Shown piece by piece: positions 1 to 12,949 of a DNA stretch of 64,000 nucleotides (within the stretch, counting starts at the first letter, position 1; each line of letters opens with the position of its first letter). Origin of the DNA: Podarcis bocagei (Eukaryota); NCBI GenBank assembly GCA_964188305.1, contig OZ076885.1, one strand, 5' to 3'. Both the position numbers and the translations under genes were made by a program. The notes under the pieces were generated by a model. That model made no database searches. It had not been told where the DNA came from and saw only the letters and a program-made list of their open reading frames with translations.

Positions 1-819
1 GCAAGTAAAAAAAAAACCTAACATACCAAGGGGGAAAGTCCTAGCTCAGCCCTTTGCCCCCTATTTTAGTTTTCATCTCGCAGGTAGCTTTATTAGTGCA
101 AAGAAACATTTTAAAATGTGATCCTTTACCTGCAGGTTGAAGTATTGGAGGCACTCTGCTGCCTGAGAACACCACAGTCTGCTGCATGATTATATCACAC
201 CAGAAAATGCTACTGAAAGATTGTTTGAGGAATAGTGTTTGTTTAGCCAACACCATGCTTTTAAAAGCTTGATCCTTAGAAGCTTGTCATGACTTTACAA
301 AATGATGTCATTCATCTTACAAGAAGGAGAAGCTGTAGCAGTACCCTTATACTTTATTCCTCAGCTGCAGATATTACAGTTCTTTACAAGAGAGCCATTT
401 ACACTTTTTAATCTGCTTCATGTCCCAATAGTGGTTCTTTAAGATTCTCAGTCCTGAAAAAGATTGCACTGGAGTCTTTGAAAAGAATGTGGAACGAGAG
501 CTAGATGAATATGCCAGCTAGACTCCATCAAGTGGCATCTTTTGTTGAGAATTTGGAGTCCTGGCTAACATTCACTTTTCCTCTCGGCTCCAAAAATGTC
601 CTCAACATCTTTCTCTGAAAGGTCACTTGACATTTGCAGAGACGATTCAAATGCCATGAGGTATGCTTCCGCACCCCACTCGCACCCACTTCATCCCTGC
701 TAATATAGTCCTAGTTCTTGTCTTACAGAAGTAGCTATTGTTGCCCACTGCTCTTCCTCACCTCCTTCAACAACAAGTTGAAATGCTTCAGGGTATATGC
801 ACGCCTGCAGTGAAACGGA

Positions 820-965
820 AGAGCATAAGATGAGACTTCTGAATCAGGCCAATGGCCCATGTTAATCTAGCATCCTGTTCTCAGAAGGGCCAAACAGATG
901 CCTGTGGGATTTGGCCACTCTGCCCACCTGTGATTGCCAGCCATCAGCATCCAGAGGCATCCCAC
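820..965 (-). mobile_element. CR1 LINE 3' end (degraded)
   Basis: gagcataaga...ggccaatggccc...ctagcatcctgttctcag...cagatgcctgtggg is the reverse CR1-type 3' UTR motif also seen at 14873 and 54622. Confidence 0.6.
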
Positions 966-1514
966 CACTGGCCTGCCTGTGCAAGCTCCTGTCTTCATTT
1001 TTCCCCAGTGAACCTTTCTTTGCTACATCACTCACTGCATTCCGCCACCATGTCTCCTTTCAATATGACATTTAGCAATGATTACTGCCTGTTCAGCAGC
1101 CCACATGGTGCCATCATATTTGTTAGCCTGGGGGGATAACGAAAGATGGAATTGGAGCATCTGTTGGTACAGGGGAACTTCTGTTTTCCCCTTCAGCACA
1201 GGCTGATGGACGGGGCTGATCAGAGCATGGGAACTGGGCAGCACTGTTCAGGGAGGGTGCACCTGAGATCTAAGATACCTAGCGCTTCTGTAAAGATGAC
1301 TCCGAGTTTTCAGCAAAGATTTAGAATTACGTAACGTGTGTTTGTGGGAATAAGTAGCCTGATCTGCTGTTTAAAAGGACCCTGTCTGACAACATCAGAC
1401 CCAACAGGAACACCAGTGCAAAAGGCACTCCATTCTGTTGTGAAGCATTGCTATAAACGGTAAAACTGGCAGTGAAAACTGTTGTGAGTCGTATACCTCA
1501 CTCCCAAATGAACT

Positions 1515-1588
1515 GGATTCCTGCATTGCAGGGGATTGGACTAGATGGCCCTCAGGGTCCCTTCTGACTCTACAATTCTACGATTTTG
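1515..1588 (+). mobile_element. CR1-type 3' tail (CR1 or CR1-tailed SINE fragment)
   Basis: ggattcctgcattgcagggg..ggactagatg..cccttc..actctacaattctacgatt; the same tail occurs at 21765, 50054 and 59778. Confidence 0.65.
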
Positions 1589-1609
1589 TGGAAGATTGCG
1601 ATTGTGAGT

Positions 1610-2300
1610 AGTAGCCATTGGTAGCCTTGTCCTCCATGAATTATCCTAAGCCTCTTATAAAGTCATCCAAATTGGTGGCCATCACTGCCTCCTATGGGAG
1701 CCAGCTCCATAATTCAACTATGGACTACAGGACGAAAAACCTTTTTTTTTAAAGCTGTCTGAATTTTCCAGCATTCAGCCTCGTTGCAGTTCTAGTGTTA
1801 ATGCATAGTTTTATAAACTTCTGTCATGTCACTTCTTAATTGCCTTGACTCTGACCGAAAAAGCTGCAGCTTTTCCTCATCCAGCCCCTTGGCCTTTTTG
1901 GTTGCCCTTTTCTGAACCTTTTCCACCTCTGTAATATATACATTTCAAAGTGAGGCAACCAGAATTTCACACGGTATTCCAGATGTGGTCACGATTTAGA
2001 TTTGTCTAGTGGCATTGTGATATCAGCAGTTCTTATTTTCAATTCATTTCCTAATGATCCTTAGCATGGCGTTCTTCATAGCTGCATCACACTGGGTTGA
2101 CAGCTTCTTTGAGCTATCTATGACTACTATGACTCCAATATTTTGTTCCTGGTCAGACACTTATGAGCGTATATGTGAAATTAAGATCCCGCCCCCAACA
2201 TGCACTTGTTTACACTGAATTGCATTCACCATTTTCCCATTGCCCATTCAGTCAGTTTGGAGAGGTCCTTTCAGAGGTCTTCACAATCTCTCTGTGTTAT
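1610..2300 (-). mobile_element. CR1 LINE ORF2 C-terminal fragment (degraded)
   Basis: Homologous to the CR1 copy at 54622-55431 (agccattg..tcctccatgaatt.., ggttgcccttttctgaacctt); boundaries approximate. Confidence 0.7.
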
Positions 2301-2819
2301 GTCAGAAGTAGGTTGTAAGCAGATACTGTCCCTGAAATGGCTGGAAATCACGAGTCTGAAACAAACTTGGAAGTCAGGTCAGCTTGCAAACCCTTTAGAT
2401 CTGTAAAGAAAGATTCTGCTGCATTCAAAATGTTATTATGGAAACAGCTCCTAGGAGAAAGTGTGAGCAGGTGCTACTTCCGTCAAAATGATCACCTCCT
2501 TCAGATCGTGGTGCACAGTTCAAGCCTTCTTCTGCCTAGATATTCTGTTTGTTCTCTCTATTATCTTGCCAAGCATACTGTGTGCCAACCCTCTAGTGAA
2601 AACTTTCCTTCTACTGAACAGGCATCATTTGATGACACATGACTAGGAGCCAATTTGGATTTCAAGCATCAAAGTCTTGTTCAGCTAAGCAAAAAAGAAC
2701 CTTCCAGTGCATTTGGAAGAATGTGGTTAAATCAACGCTATATGGCAGTTTCAGAGGAAGGAACTGTTAACAATGGAAAATGCTGAGCAAAACAAATACC
2801 CTACCGATGCTGCTAAATG

Positions 2820-2820
2820 C

Positions 2821-2855
<35 letters not shown>

Positions 2856-3382
2856 ATTTATACCCCGCCCTGGGTGGCTTACAACATATCTGAAAACATA
2901 ATAAAAACATCAATCCTTTAAATTTCCCAAAAGAGAGCTGCCTTCAGATGCCTTTTAAAAGTCAGATAGTTGTTTATTTCCTTGACATCTGAAGAGAGGG
3001 CATTCCACAGGGAGAGTGCCACCACCAAAAAGGCCCTCTGCTTGCTTCCCTGTAATTTCATTTCTTGCAGTGACGGAACCAGCAGAAGACCCTTTGAGGA
3101 GGACCTCAGTGTTCCAGCTGAGCGATGGGGGGTGGAGATGCTCCTTCAGGTATACTGGCCTTTAAAGGTCAGCATCAACACTTTGAATTGGGCAAAGAAA
3201 CGTACTGAGAGCCAGTGAAGATCCTTTAGGGCCAGTGTTATATGGTCCCAGCAGCCACTCCCAGTCACCAGTCTAGCTGCTGCATTCTGGATTAGTTGTA
3301 GTTTCCAATTCACCTTCAAAGGTAGCCACACGTAGAGTGCATTGCAGTAGTCCAAGCAGGGGATAAGCAGGGCATCCACTCT
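2820..3382 (-). mobile_element. L2 LINE 3' end with (TTG)n tail
   Basis: Minus ORF LDYCNALYVWLPLKVNWKLQLIQNAAARLVTG..HITLALKDLHWL is the L2 ORF2 C-terminus; near-identical to 43971-44675. Confidence 0.9.
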
Positions 3383-4327
3383 TTGATTCTTTGGGGAAGT
3401 CATGTGAATAAATGTATGGTGTGTATGCAGCCTGATACTAGGGAGGAAGAATTTGGCAGGCAGAACTACCCCCTGAATTGGCTGTAAGTATGAAGGCAGG
3501 GAGGTGAGGGCTGGCTGAGGACAGACTGAGGTTGGTGGAGAAGCGCTCCATTTGCACTAAAGAACCAGTTTCCACTGAAGGAGGTGGGTGGCCTGGAGGA
3601 AATAGAGAGCAGGAGTTGCGACTGCCTCTTTTCCTTCTTCCAAGAGACTGGCTGCTCCCATGTGCTTCTCCCCAAATGCAAGTATTTCCCAGCATGATTT
3701 TAAAAGAATGTTTATTCATACTTTAAAGACAGCACGTGGTCCAGAATTCCAGGAACAACTCAGTGCTTGCAAGATTTCCTGTATTATGGGTGGGATAGAA
3801 ATTTGAAGGGGGGGGGGGGGAATCCAACTAAAAAGTTAAAGAGTAAAATACGTTGTCATTCATTCCCTGCTTTCTTGCATGAAGCATTGGGTACAATATG
3901 TAGAAAGCTTGCTCTTGCTTGTCTCATGGGTTAGTCTAGCCAGATGTTCCTTTCTTTTTAGGTTGGAGGCTGGGCTGGATGGCCTTTTGACTCTTTTAAA
4001 CCCTTATTCAGTTCCATTTATACCCAGCAGCGCTCGCCCACAGAGAGCACAATAGACACAAAATGAATAGATGGAAAAGATACAAGGGTAATAAAAATGA
4101 GCTGCCAGTCATTTGGATTTTTGTTGCCGATTAGGTGAGGGAATATTTTTCTTTCTTCTTCTGGCCAGGAAACTAGAATGTAATGGGTGGCGGGGGGTGT
4201 GTGCTTCTCAACACACCACCTTCTTTGCAACCACCTAGATAGGAAAATGAATATAGGTGCCAGTGAAGTCCCCTGACAGCACCTTTCAGTTTGCATGTAC
4301 TGCTCTAAGCTCATGCACACACTTCTA

Positions 4328-4527
4328 CAGTGGTACCTCAGGTTACAGATGCTTCAGGTTCCAGACTCCACTAACCCAGAAATAGTACCTCAGGTTAAGA
4401 ACTTTGCTTCAGGATGAGAACAGAAATTGTGCAGCGGCAGCAGCAGGAGGCCCCATTAGCTAAAGTGGTGCTTCAGGTTAAGAACAGACCTCAGAACGAA
4501 TTAAGTTCTTAACCCGAGGTACCACTG
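4328..4527. mobile_element. Tc1/pogo (Tigger-like) MITE, family A
   Basis: TIRs CAGTGGTACCTC / GAGGTACCACTG flanked by TA on both sides; copies at 15250, 40785 and 63204. Confidence 0.9.
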
Positions 4528-5039
4528 TACATTGAGTTGAGATGAAGTACAGAATGTCCTATATTCTGCTTACAAGGCAGGGACCTCCTTGCACATGCCT
4601 GATGGATACAGAGCAAAGCTTAGCATCCTTTATGCCTAGATGTGATCATGTGATCATGTGAGAGTAAGGGAGTACTGATACTGGCAACTTGCAAAAGCAC
4701 ATTAAGTCGGCAAAGCACCAGGGACCAGGGACTAAGACCTGGAACAGGAAACACTATTCTTTGTTCTCAAGCTTTTTTAAAAAAGGGGAAAGCCCATTGC
4801 ACCAGCAAGAATATGCATGAACAAGTCATACAACCCCATATTCAGGGCAAGGGCCTGCCATGGCCAACAACTGTCACCATTTGCTTGACCAGGGTGACTG
4901 AAGGAATTCAAAATCATCTGTCTTGCATTTTTTCATGAGCCTCGGAGTGTCTTTGTCATATCTTTGTGCTGCTGCAATATGGCAATGAAATTGAACTGCC
5001 ATAGCCGTATACATCAGGGATGTCTTCCCAGTCTTCTCT

Positions 5040-5306
5040 ATCTCCTCAAATGCAACCCTGTCAGACCACTTTCCTCACCAGCTTTGCTTAGCATTTTTGC
5101 CTGGCTGGAATGTGTCCTTAAGCTCTGGTGATGCTTCTTCCTTGCCAGGATGGAGGATGGGGGGGGGAGTTACGGAGTAGCCTGCTGTACAAAGGTAAAA
5201 TTCACATCCATTGCCCTGAGGCTCTGCTCACCACTAGCATATAGCCCTTGGGATGTTGACCTGACGGGGATGCAGCCATTGAGCTGGAAAAGGCCCCCCA
5301 CACCTG
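5040..5306. mobile_element. Non-autonomous DNA transposon (probably hAT-like), degraded
   Basis: Shares sequence in reverse orientation with 18170-18432 and 42865-43060 (gcctggctggaatgtgtcc vs ggacacagtccagctag and gcacatttcagccaggc). Confidence 0.45.
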
Positions 5307-7092
5307 GTACACACAATCTGTCTCTTAGGAATCCACATCCTTTGGTCCTCTGCACTAAACTTCTAATGTGTCATGCATAAAATGAAAACGGATCATTATG
5401 AATTTTGCAAGAAAGCGCCATCATGTTAATTGCAGCTGCAACAGCTTAACTGCAAGTCTAGCCGCTTGGTATGCAGAAACCCCAAGTTCCTTGTACAATC
5501 AGACAGCCAATACACGGAGTGAAATCCAAGATTCTCATTGAAAACTACCCCACAAGCTGTTCATTAAACAAAGTAAGGGGACTATAAACTCAGTTTATTA
5601 GAAATCGTATGTACCTTGATGTGATTAAGGGGATTTGTAAAGCATGGAAAGAAACGGGCACTTTGTCTCACCTGAAGATGTGTCAAAAGCTATAATAAAG
5701 TTTGGTATGCTCCCAAAAATTTACTATATTGATTTTGGAGCTTAGTCTGCATGTACTTCTCTATAAAAGTAAAGACATTTGCAATGCAAGCCATTTATAA
5801 ACCAACTGAAATGTTTGGTTTAAGATTAGGAATGGGCAACAATGCAGGCGCAACACAGTCCATATACAATGCAGTGCCCATGTGCAGAAGATTTTCGCAA
5901 TGTTCAACAAAGCCCTGCTCCTTTCCATGATTATATATGCCTATGCGCTGGCAACACAAAGCACCATTGCAGGGAATGTCAAGGACTGTGCATGTCTCTT
6001 CCAACCTTTCTTTTGTGTGCCATGCAAGTTACTTGCACCTCCAGGGGCAGTTTTCGGTTTGGCTGCACTGGGCACCGCTCTGCAAGGCGCACCACAACAA
6101 TGCTGTAGAATGGAGTGTGAGAGGCACCGAATGTTAGCGTCACACAGGACACCACTGAAATTTGAGAGATTTGAATTTTGAGAGCCCAAAGTCCGCTACT
6201 GCTTGTACTCCAGTGCATGAATTAACCTGCATCACAGAGAGAAACAGAGCTGGGGGAACTCAATGCAGGCTTCCTGTTCTTCCAGACTCACAGAACCTTC
6301 AATACAGTTTTAGCCCCTGTGATGGGTAGGTGATTTTGATTCAGTCTATGCCTTGATCAGCATCCAGCAACAATGCAAAGTGTCGGTACTATACGCCCAG
6401 ATTCAGTTTGGCACAAAGCTGTTTTGATTCTACGTCAAAGAAAAGTGATGCTTTGGAACAATCTTATGTGTTCCCAGTGGACAAGGTGAGTCAGAGGCAT
6501 GTCAAGATGCTCATCCAGCCCTGAGAGAACTGAGGTGACTTTTGATGCAAACCATGTGCAAGAGACAGAGTCAGACCAGCACCTCTACTTTGGGAGTGGG
6601 CATGATGAGTGGGTGCGAGGGAGAAGAGAGCTGGTGAGTGGAACTCTCTAACCTGCCAATCAAGTTTGACAGGCTTTCAACAAGTAGAGATATGAATGCT
6701 GCCTCCCGGATGGAGGCAGTATTGTTCAGATTTGGGTTGGGTTTTTTGTTACATGAAGTCCTTTCAAGACTTAAGGAAACCATTATTATGCACGCTATAT
6801 ACCAACAGAGATGGGCAAACCCTTCTGCCCAACATTGTATTGGCTTGAAAGTAAGCCACGCAAATCCTCCAAAACCAGGAAATAAAGTAGCTTATTTTTG
6901 TGCCAGTCTGAATCCGATTTCCCACCAGGGACCTGAACTCCTTCCCCATTCTTTAAATCTAATTGTGGGTCAGTCAGCACTCAGGCATCAGCAGGCTTCT
7001 GAGTCAGGACGGGTTCTCCCCTCTAGTGGCCTGGCAAAGTTAGCTTTACCCAGGGGCACAAGCAGCCTTGAGACACTGTAGCTCAGCATACT

Positions 7093-7361
7093 ATGTACTC
7101 AAACGCCAAAAACACGGAAGTAAGTGTTCCGGTTTTCAAACATTTTTCGGAAGCCGAACGTTCGATGCAGCTGTCGGCTATTGTTTCTGGAGCATCCGGA
7201 CCAATCAGAAGCTGTGCCTTGGTTTTCAAACATTTTGGAAGTCAAACGGACTTCTGGAACAGATTAAGTTTGGCACTTTTGTTTTTTCTATTTATTTTGC
7301 ATTTTTGTTTTTGAGGCTTTTGGGGTTAATTTGTTTTTGTGAGTGTGGAACCCAGTTCAGC

Positions 7362-7395
<34 letters not shown>

Positions 7396-7715
7396 GTGGC
7401 TGCAGAAATGGGTAAAAGCCAAACAATGGCTATCATCAGTGCAGGTAAGAAATATTTTTTTTAAAAAAAAATTATCATCTATAACACTATCTTATTTTAT
7501 AGTACAGTACATTGCTTTCATTTTATGGATCAATGGTCTCATTAGATAGCAAAATTCATGTTAAATTGCTGTTTTAGAGGTTGTTTTTAAAAGTCTGGAA
7601 TGGATTAATCCATTTTGCATTACTTTCTATGGGAAAGCGCACCTTGGTTTTGGAACACTTTGGTTTTGGAACGGACTTCCAGAACGGATTAAGTTTGAAA
7701 ACCAAGGTACCACTG
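7093..7715. mobile_element. Tc1/pogo MITE family B, long variant, left end missing
   Basis: Right TIR AACCAAGGTACCACTG + TA; internal ccaatcagaagctg is shared with 10886 and 57980; contains (ATTG)n at 7363-7394. Confidence 0.8.
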
Positions 7716-8010
7716 TACTACCAAAGGGAGGAGAATCTTCTCTTTCCCCCTCATAGTGGTTTACTATCATTGGAGCTCTAGTACTTCAGTTTGTGACATT
7801 TAAAATATTGGGAGATTGGAATTGGGGGATCGGAGTTGGAATGAAGTTTTGGAGGCTCAAATGGAGGGAGACATTAGAGGTGGGTTATTTTATGGTTTGC
7901 TTTAAAACTAGAGCCAAAGAAAACTCTGAGGTTCCTCATGTTTGAAGCAGGCATTATGATACATCAGAACATTTAGTCCAGACCCTAGGCTTGCGAATTT
8001 CATTGGCATC

Positions 8011-8080
8011 TCTTCTTCTTCTTCTTCTTCTTCTTCTTCTTCTTCTTCTTCTTCTTCTTCTTCTTCTTCTTCTTCTTCTT
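8011..8080. repeat. (TCT)~23 microsatellite
   Basis: Perfect trinucleotide run. Confidence 0.97.
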
Positions 8081-9574
8081 GCAATGTCTGGCAAAACAAG
8101 CCCATCCCTTCTGGTTTGGTGTCTCCTATATGCATTGAAATGATATGCAGATTGCAGTTATGCAACCATAAATATGCCAATCAACTGCAACCTTCCATCG
8201 CGATAGATTTCAAAAGTGCTGAACAAGTTGCCTATCCTTTCACATTCTCCATTTCTCATACATAGATAAAAACTTAGCTAATGCACAACAAAAGATAGAT
8301 GTGTGCCTATGGCTGGTAAAACTAATGTAAATTTAATCTTCCATTTCTTGGTGGAAATGAATTATTGCTGATGCATTTGATCACTGACCACTCAGTCTCA
8401 GGATTGAATTGGTGAATCACATTCCTGCCAGTATTTTCTGAAAAATTAGGCTCTGTGGGTGGGTTTTTTTTTAAGGTGATGTTTTTTTTCAAACCAATAA
8501 AAAATGATATCTTCATCCTACCTTAGACCCTGAAGATGGATTATTTTGTCCTAAAACTAATATCTACAGCTTAATGGAATTCTACCATTCTTCAGCAGTG
8601 CTGTATGTTGATAAATTATGCTGACTTTGCATTGAGAGCTAACAAGCTGGATTTGACTGAAAATAAAATAAAATCTGAGGACTAAATGAAAGGATTTCTT
8701 GGTCCACAATGTACTTGATACTTTTCACATTTATTTCAGTAGATTTAAGCTTATGTGTTCACACACATCTACTTTAGTTATTTAATTCTGCGTAATTTTT
8801 CTGTTCAAATCAATGGGGGGCACAAGTGCTTGACTTTAAAAGGATTGGGTCCTTTACTTTTAAAATCTCAGTGGGTAAATAATAATTAAATAAATAAATA
8901 GCAAAATACTGCATTTTAAGTCATCTAATAGCATTTAACAATCCCGGCTGTTAAAGATGAAATGTTCTTTCAGTCAAAGTCAATGCAAACTTCGCTAATT
9001 AATTAAATGACTGGAATTGGGATAGACCAAATACACAGACTGAGGCTAATATCCATTTAAAACAGAGGATTAAGATGGCCTGGATCCAAATGCAATGCTC
9101 TCTGAATCAGCAAGTATGTAATCAAAGCGAGCATAAAGATTGCCCCCCAAATCAATGACCAAATAGAATGGAGTAACCTTCAAAATCTAATCATAGAAAC
9201 ATTTACATAGCATCTTTTAAGTGTTCAAAAACATTCCCATCTGCTACCTTACTGATCTAGAGATAGTTGCAAGGGTTACAGCAGGGGTGGGGGATGTTTT
9301 CTGGCCACTGAACCAGATCACTCTCCCAAACCCCTGGCCAGCCTTATTTGACAGGTGGGCAGGGTAGGAACTTCAGAGCACAGCTACCTTCCTATTTGCT
9401 GTTTCCCCGCTTGTCTAGGCACAGGTCTCAGTGGTTTTGCCTTTGCTCTGCCTCTTTCCGCCAGTAAACCCACTTTTTAGCAATAAATCAGGGCAAACGG
9501 CAATCCCAATTGCCATTTGCTCCAATTCAGTGCTAAATTGCAGGTCTTTCCAGGGGAAAGCAAAGGGGCACACA

Positions 9575-9640
9575 GAAGAAGAAGAAGAAGAAGAAGAAGA
9601 AGAAGAAGAAGAAGAAGAAGAAGAAGAAGAAGAAGAAGAA
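9575..9640. repeat. (GAA)22 microsatellite
   Basis: Perfect trinucleotide run. Confidence 0.97.
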
Positions 9641-10389
9641 GATACCCACTCCTCTGGAAACAGTGGGCCTAACATTCCGGATGGTTTCATATATTTTAAT
9701 AGTTGCATATAATTATAATTGTATGCATTTGCTTGGAAGTAACTCTGAAATATACTCAAGATATCCTTACGCATACTGGGATCATTTTCGTGTTTGCATT
9801 CGGCAAAACTTGTCCTTCCTGCAGGTTGTTGTTTTTCTCTCTCACGCAGCACACTGTGGCAGATGACATAGCCACATGCTGTTCCTTCCCTCTTAGTAAG
9901 TGCTTTTGCTATGCCACAGTGTTAATATCGCATGTCTCAAACATATTACAGAGCTCTCAGTGGCATGCCTCACTCCAATGAAGGGTTTCATTTAGCAAAT
10001 TTTGGCTGCAGTCCTGGAACAACTTCCTTTCATCAAGTCCCACTGAGTCCGATTCAATAACTAACTCATAAATATGATTTTGAATAGTATCAGTGCTACT
10101 GTTGGTGGGAGAGAAAATGAGCATTATTTAAGGCTTGCGAATAAGATCGCCAGGTCTCCAGCATCCTCAAGCCTGACATTCTTAGTGTGGGGTGGAGTGA
10201 CCTTGTGGGGTGGGATCTTGTGGGGGCTATGGGGAAGAGTCTTGCTATGTCATGCACCTGCAAAATCTTAACTGGCAGGAACCTAACACCCTAAAGGAAG
10301 CGAGAGATGCAGTGGCCCCAAAGGTGTGAATAGGAAAATCCAGATCAATATTGACCCAAAAAGGAGGGAACTTATGCAATGTTTGGCTT

Positions 10390-10588
10390 TTTCCGGTGGC
10401 CCATTCGCAACATGAAAAGCCTGCAACCTGAAGTGCCGTATCTGTGCAGGTGCACAGCGTGATTTAACGCTTTCGCGCTTGCGCGAGCGGCGAAACCCAG
10501 AAGTAACCCTTTCCGGTACTTCCAGGTCACCACAGGACACAACCTGAAAAAACATATCATGAAGCAAACGTAACATGAGGTATGACTG
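10390..10588. mobile_element. Tc1/pogo MITE fragment (right end), CpG-rich
   Basis: Ends in GAGGTATGACTG + TA, the same TIR type as 57980-58209; left TIR not found, so the start is approximate. Confidence 0.6.
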
Positions 10589-10885
10589 TACTGTTTTGTA
10601 ATCATATTGTTACAGCCAGTTTCACTGCTACAAAACCCTGGACCCAGGATTATCTGATGAGCTTGAAATATTTTGTAAACAGTTAAATAAGTTAAATAAA
10701 CAGCAAGAAAATGAATCTCAGAGCCAACTCCCAAGACCAGGGACCCCTAGGTAGAGGAGGTACAGGTATAAGCCCTAGGCTGTGTACATACTCCCATTTG
10801 CTGTGCATCCAGTGGGCTCCCACACTGTTAGTTGGTTCACACATTAGCCACAATTTCTATCTACCTTGTCACTTCCTATGAAATA

Positions 10886-11124
10886 CAGTGGTACTTTGGT
10901 TGTCAAACCTAATCCATTCCGGGAGTCCGTCTGACTCCCAGCAAACATTCGAAAACCAAGGCGCAGCTTCTGATTGGCTGCAGGAGTTTCCTGCACTCAA
11001 GTGGAAGCCACAGAAGTGGCATCAGACATTGGCTTCCCAAAAAAAAACACTTACTTCCGGGTTTGCAGCGTTCGGGAGCTGATTTGTTCTGGAGCCAAGC
11101 CGTTCGACAACCAAGGTACCACTG
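10886..11124. mobile_element. Tc1/pogo MITE family B
   Basis: TIRs CAGTGGTACTTTGGTTGTC / GACAACCAAGGTACCACTG with TA TSD. Confidence 0.9.
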
Positions 11125-12262
11125 TACTGAATATTGATCCATTTCTCCCCTGAAACCAGCTTTGAACAGGGGGAAAGAATGGCCTAGCTGTGTTTCATAC
11201 CACTGAAGCACACACAGCCAAATACTCACTTCCTAAAATGTGTTGACTCAACGCATGGAGGATTGCATCCAAAGGCTTGCCCAGTCTTCCAACCTCCTAC
11301 ATATAGCTGAAAGTATGTAAACAGAACTTCATGTCTGTTCATCTGTATGTACTCTGGGCATGTGCAATTGGGACTCCAGATTGTGCAGGCTTCCCAACTG
11401 CACATCCAAACCTAACCTGTGTATAGTTGCAAGTGCAAATATTTCCCCCATTCACACTTTGTGCTGCTGGTGCAGCAGCCAGGTTTGGTGCACTCTTATT
11501 TCTAAGAGAGAGATAAACTTAAAAGTTACATTCACTGAGGGTAAACTGCCTTGAGAATTATATAAATAAAGAAATTAAAGAGACCTCGTTTTCTCTCAAG
11601 CACTGAATCAGGAGCATAGAAAATTCATGTGTATAAATACAACCAATTCTCTCTGTTCCAAGTGTTTGCTGAATTACAACCTCGTTCAATATCCAAATTG
11701 TAAATTAGCAATAAACTGTGATGGGGTGGCCTATTTCTTTTTTTCTGATAAGCCACAGTAATTACATGCAAGTCCATTCTGGATTATCAATACCAGTTTG
11801 ATTTTCTCAAGTTCATCTGAATAACCCATATAGATATTAATGTTCCTCAAAATATGCAGCACTTGAGTTTTATTGCTGTCAGCATGAACTGAGCATTAAA
11901 ATTGCAGGTGCCTGCAATTTTTCTATGCAGTGTACAGCCCAACACTAAATATTTGTTAATGGCTGCCTAGACAACCGGAAATAGCCCCTAAAATTATACT
12001 GTCTTTGTATTGTTTTCTAACCAACCACACTTTTTTGTGTGCGTTACTGATGCCAAAACCATTTACATAAGAGCAAGGAGCCTTAAATTAAAGCAGGTGG
12101 GTGTAAGCAAATTACCAGTATGCTCTACTCATTATCTGAAATGCTGTATCGCAAGGATAGCACAAAACGTTTCCTATGTACGGGAAACTGAAATCTGAAA
12201 GGGAGTGTCAAGATCCCAGAGTGAAGGAATGAGTAGGTGCTGCCTGGGGCCAACCCTAGATT

Positions 12263-12265
<3 letters not shown>

Positions 12266-12296
<31 letters not shown>
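12266..12296. repeat. (CA)n microsatellite
   Basis: Perfect dinucleotide run. Confidence 0.95.
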
Positions 12297-12299
<3 letters not shown>

Positions 12300-12949
12300 G
12301 TATTCCTTTTATAATTACATACTTTTTTTCTCTTTGGGGAAAGTGGGACACGGTAGATGTAATTTTCTTGTTTGGGCAAGTTCTGGCCATCTGCTTGAAG
12401 GCTCCATCTCCTTTATCTGATGTACACACACCCTAGTGTTTCCCTAATGCAGCATGAGTTGTGTAGGACTTTTCCAATGGCAGACTTCCAGGCTCATATA
12501 TAATGTAAACAAAATAGTCTCATTATGCAACTCTCTCCCACTCACAGTGCAAATTCTTTAAAATTCAGAGGAGCTGCTTAGGGTTTCGTGGACTAGACAA
12601 TGGCCAAGTTATTTCTGAAGCACACTCAAGACGTAGGAAGGAGAGCAAACTATGAATGAGAAAGCATCAGCCCTGTCACATACCTTCAAATGAGATCTCG
12701 GCAGCCACAAGAACTCAGCACATTTTTGGGTGCCACACAAGATCTTGCCCTGGGAAAAGCACTTTTTTCAGGGTGAGAGCGTGGTACAGGTCATGTGGCT
12801 CTCTTGGGAGTGTGTCCCAGAAGACGCACATCCTGGTTTGGGGTTGAAAAAAGTTTGACAGTATTCAGTCATGGGCTTCACTGCTCACCTACTGTAGCAT
12901 GTAGGATTGGCCCAAAGGGTCTAGTCCTGGACCAAAAGGGACAGCTGGC

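Noticed and set aside
6441-6485. Possible 45-nt exon KSDALEQSYVFPVDK before gtgagt
   Set aside because: Weak acceptor, peptide not recognised, no partner exons.
9415-9852. Poly-Ser/poly-Glu ORFs (also 7908, 39988, 44423, 57153)
   Set aside because: Artefacts of trinucleotide microsatellites.
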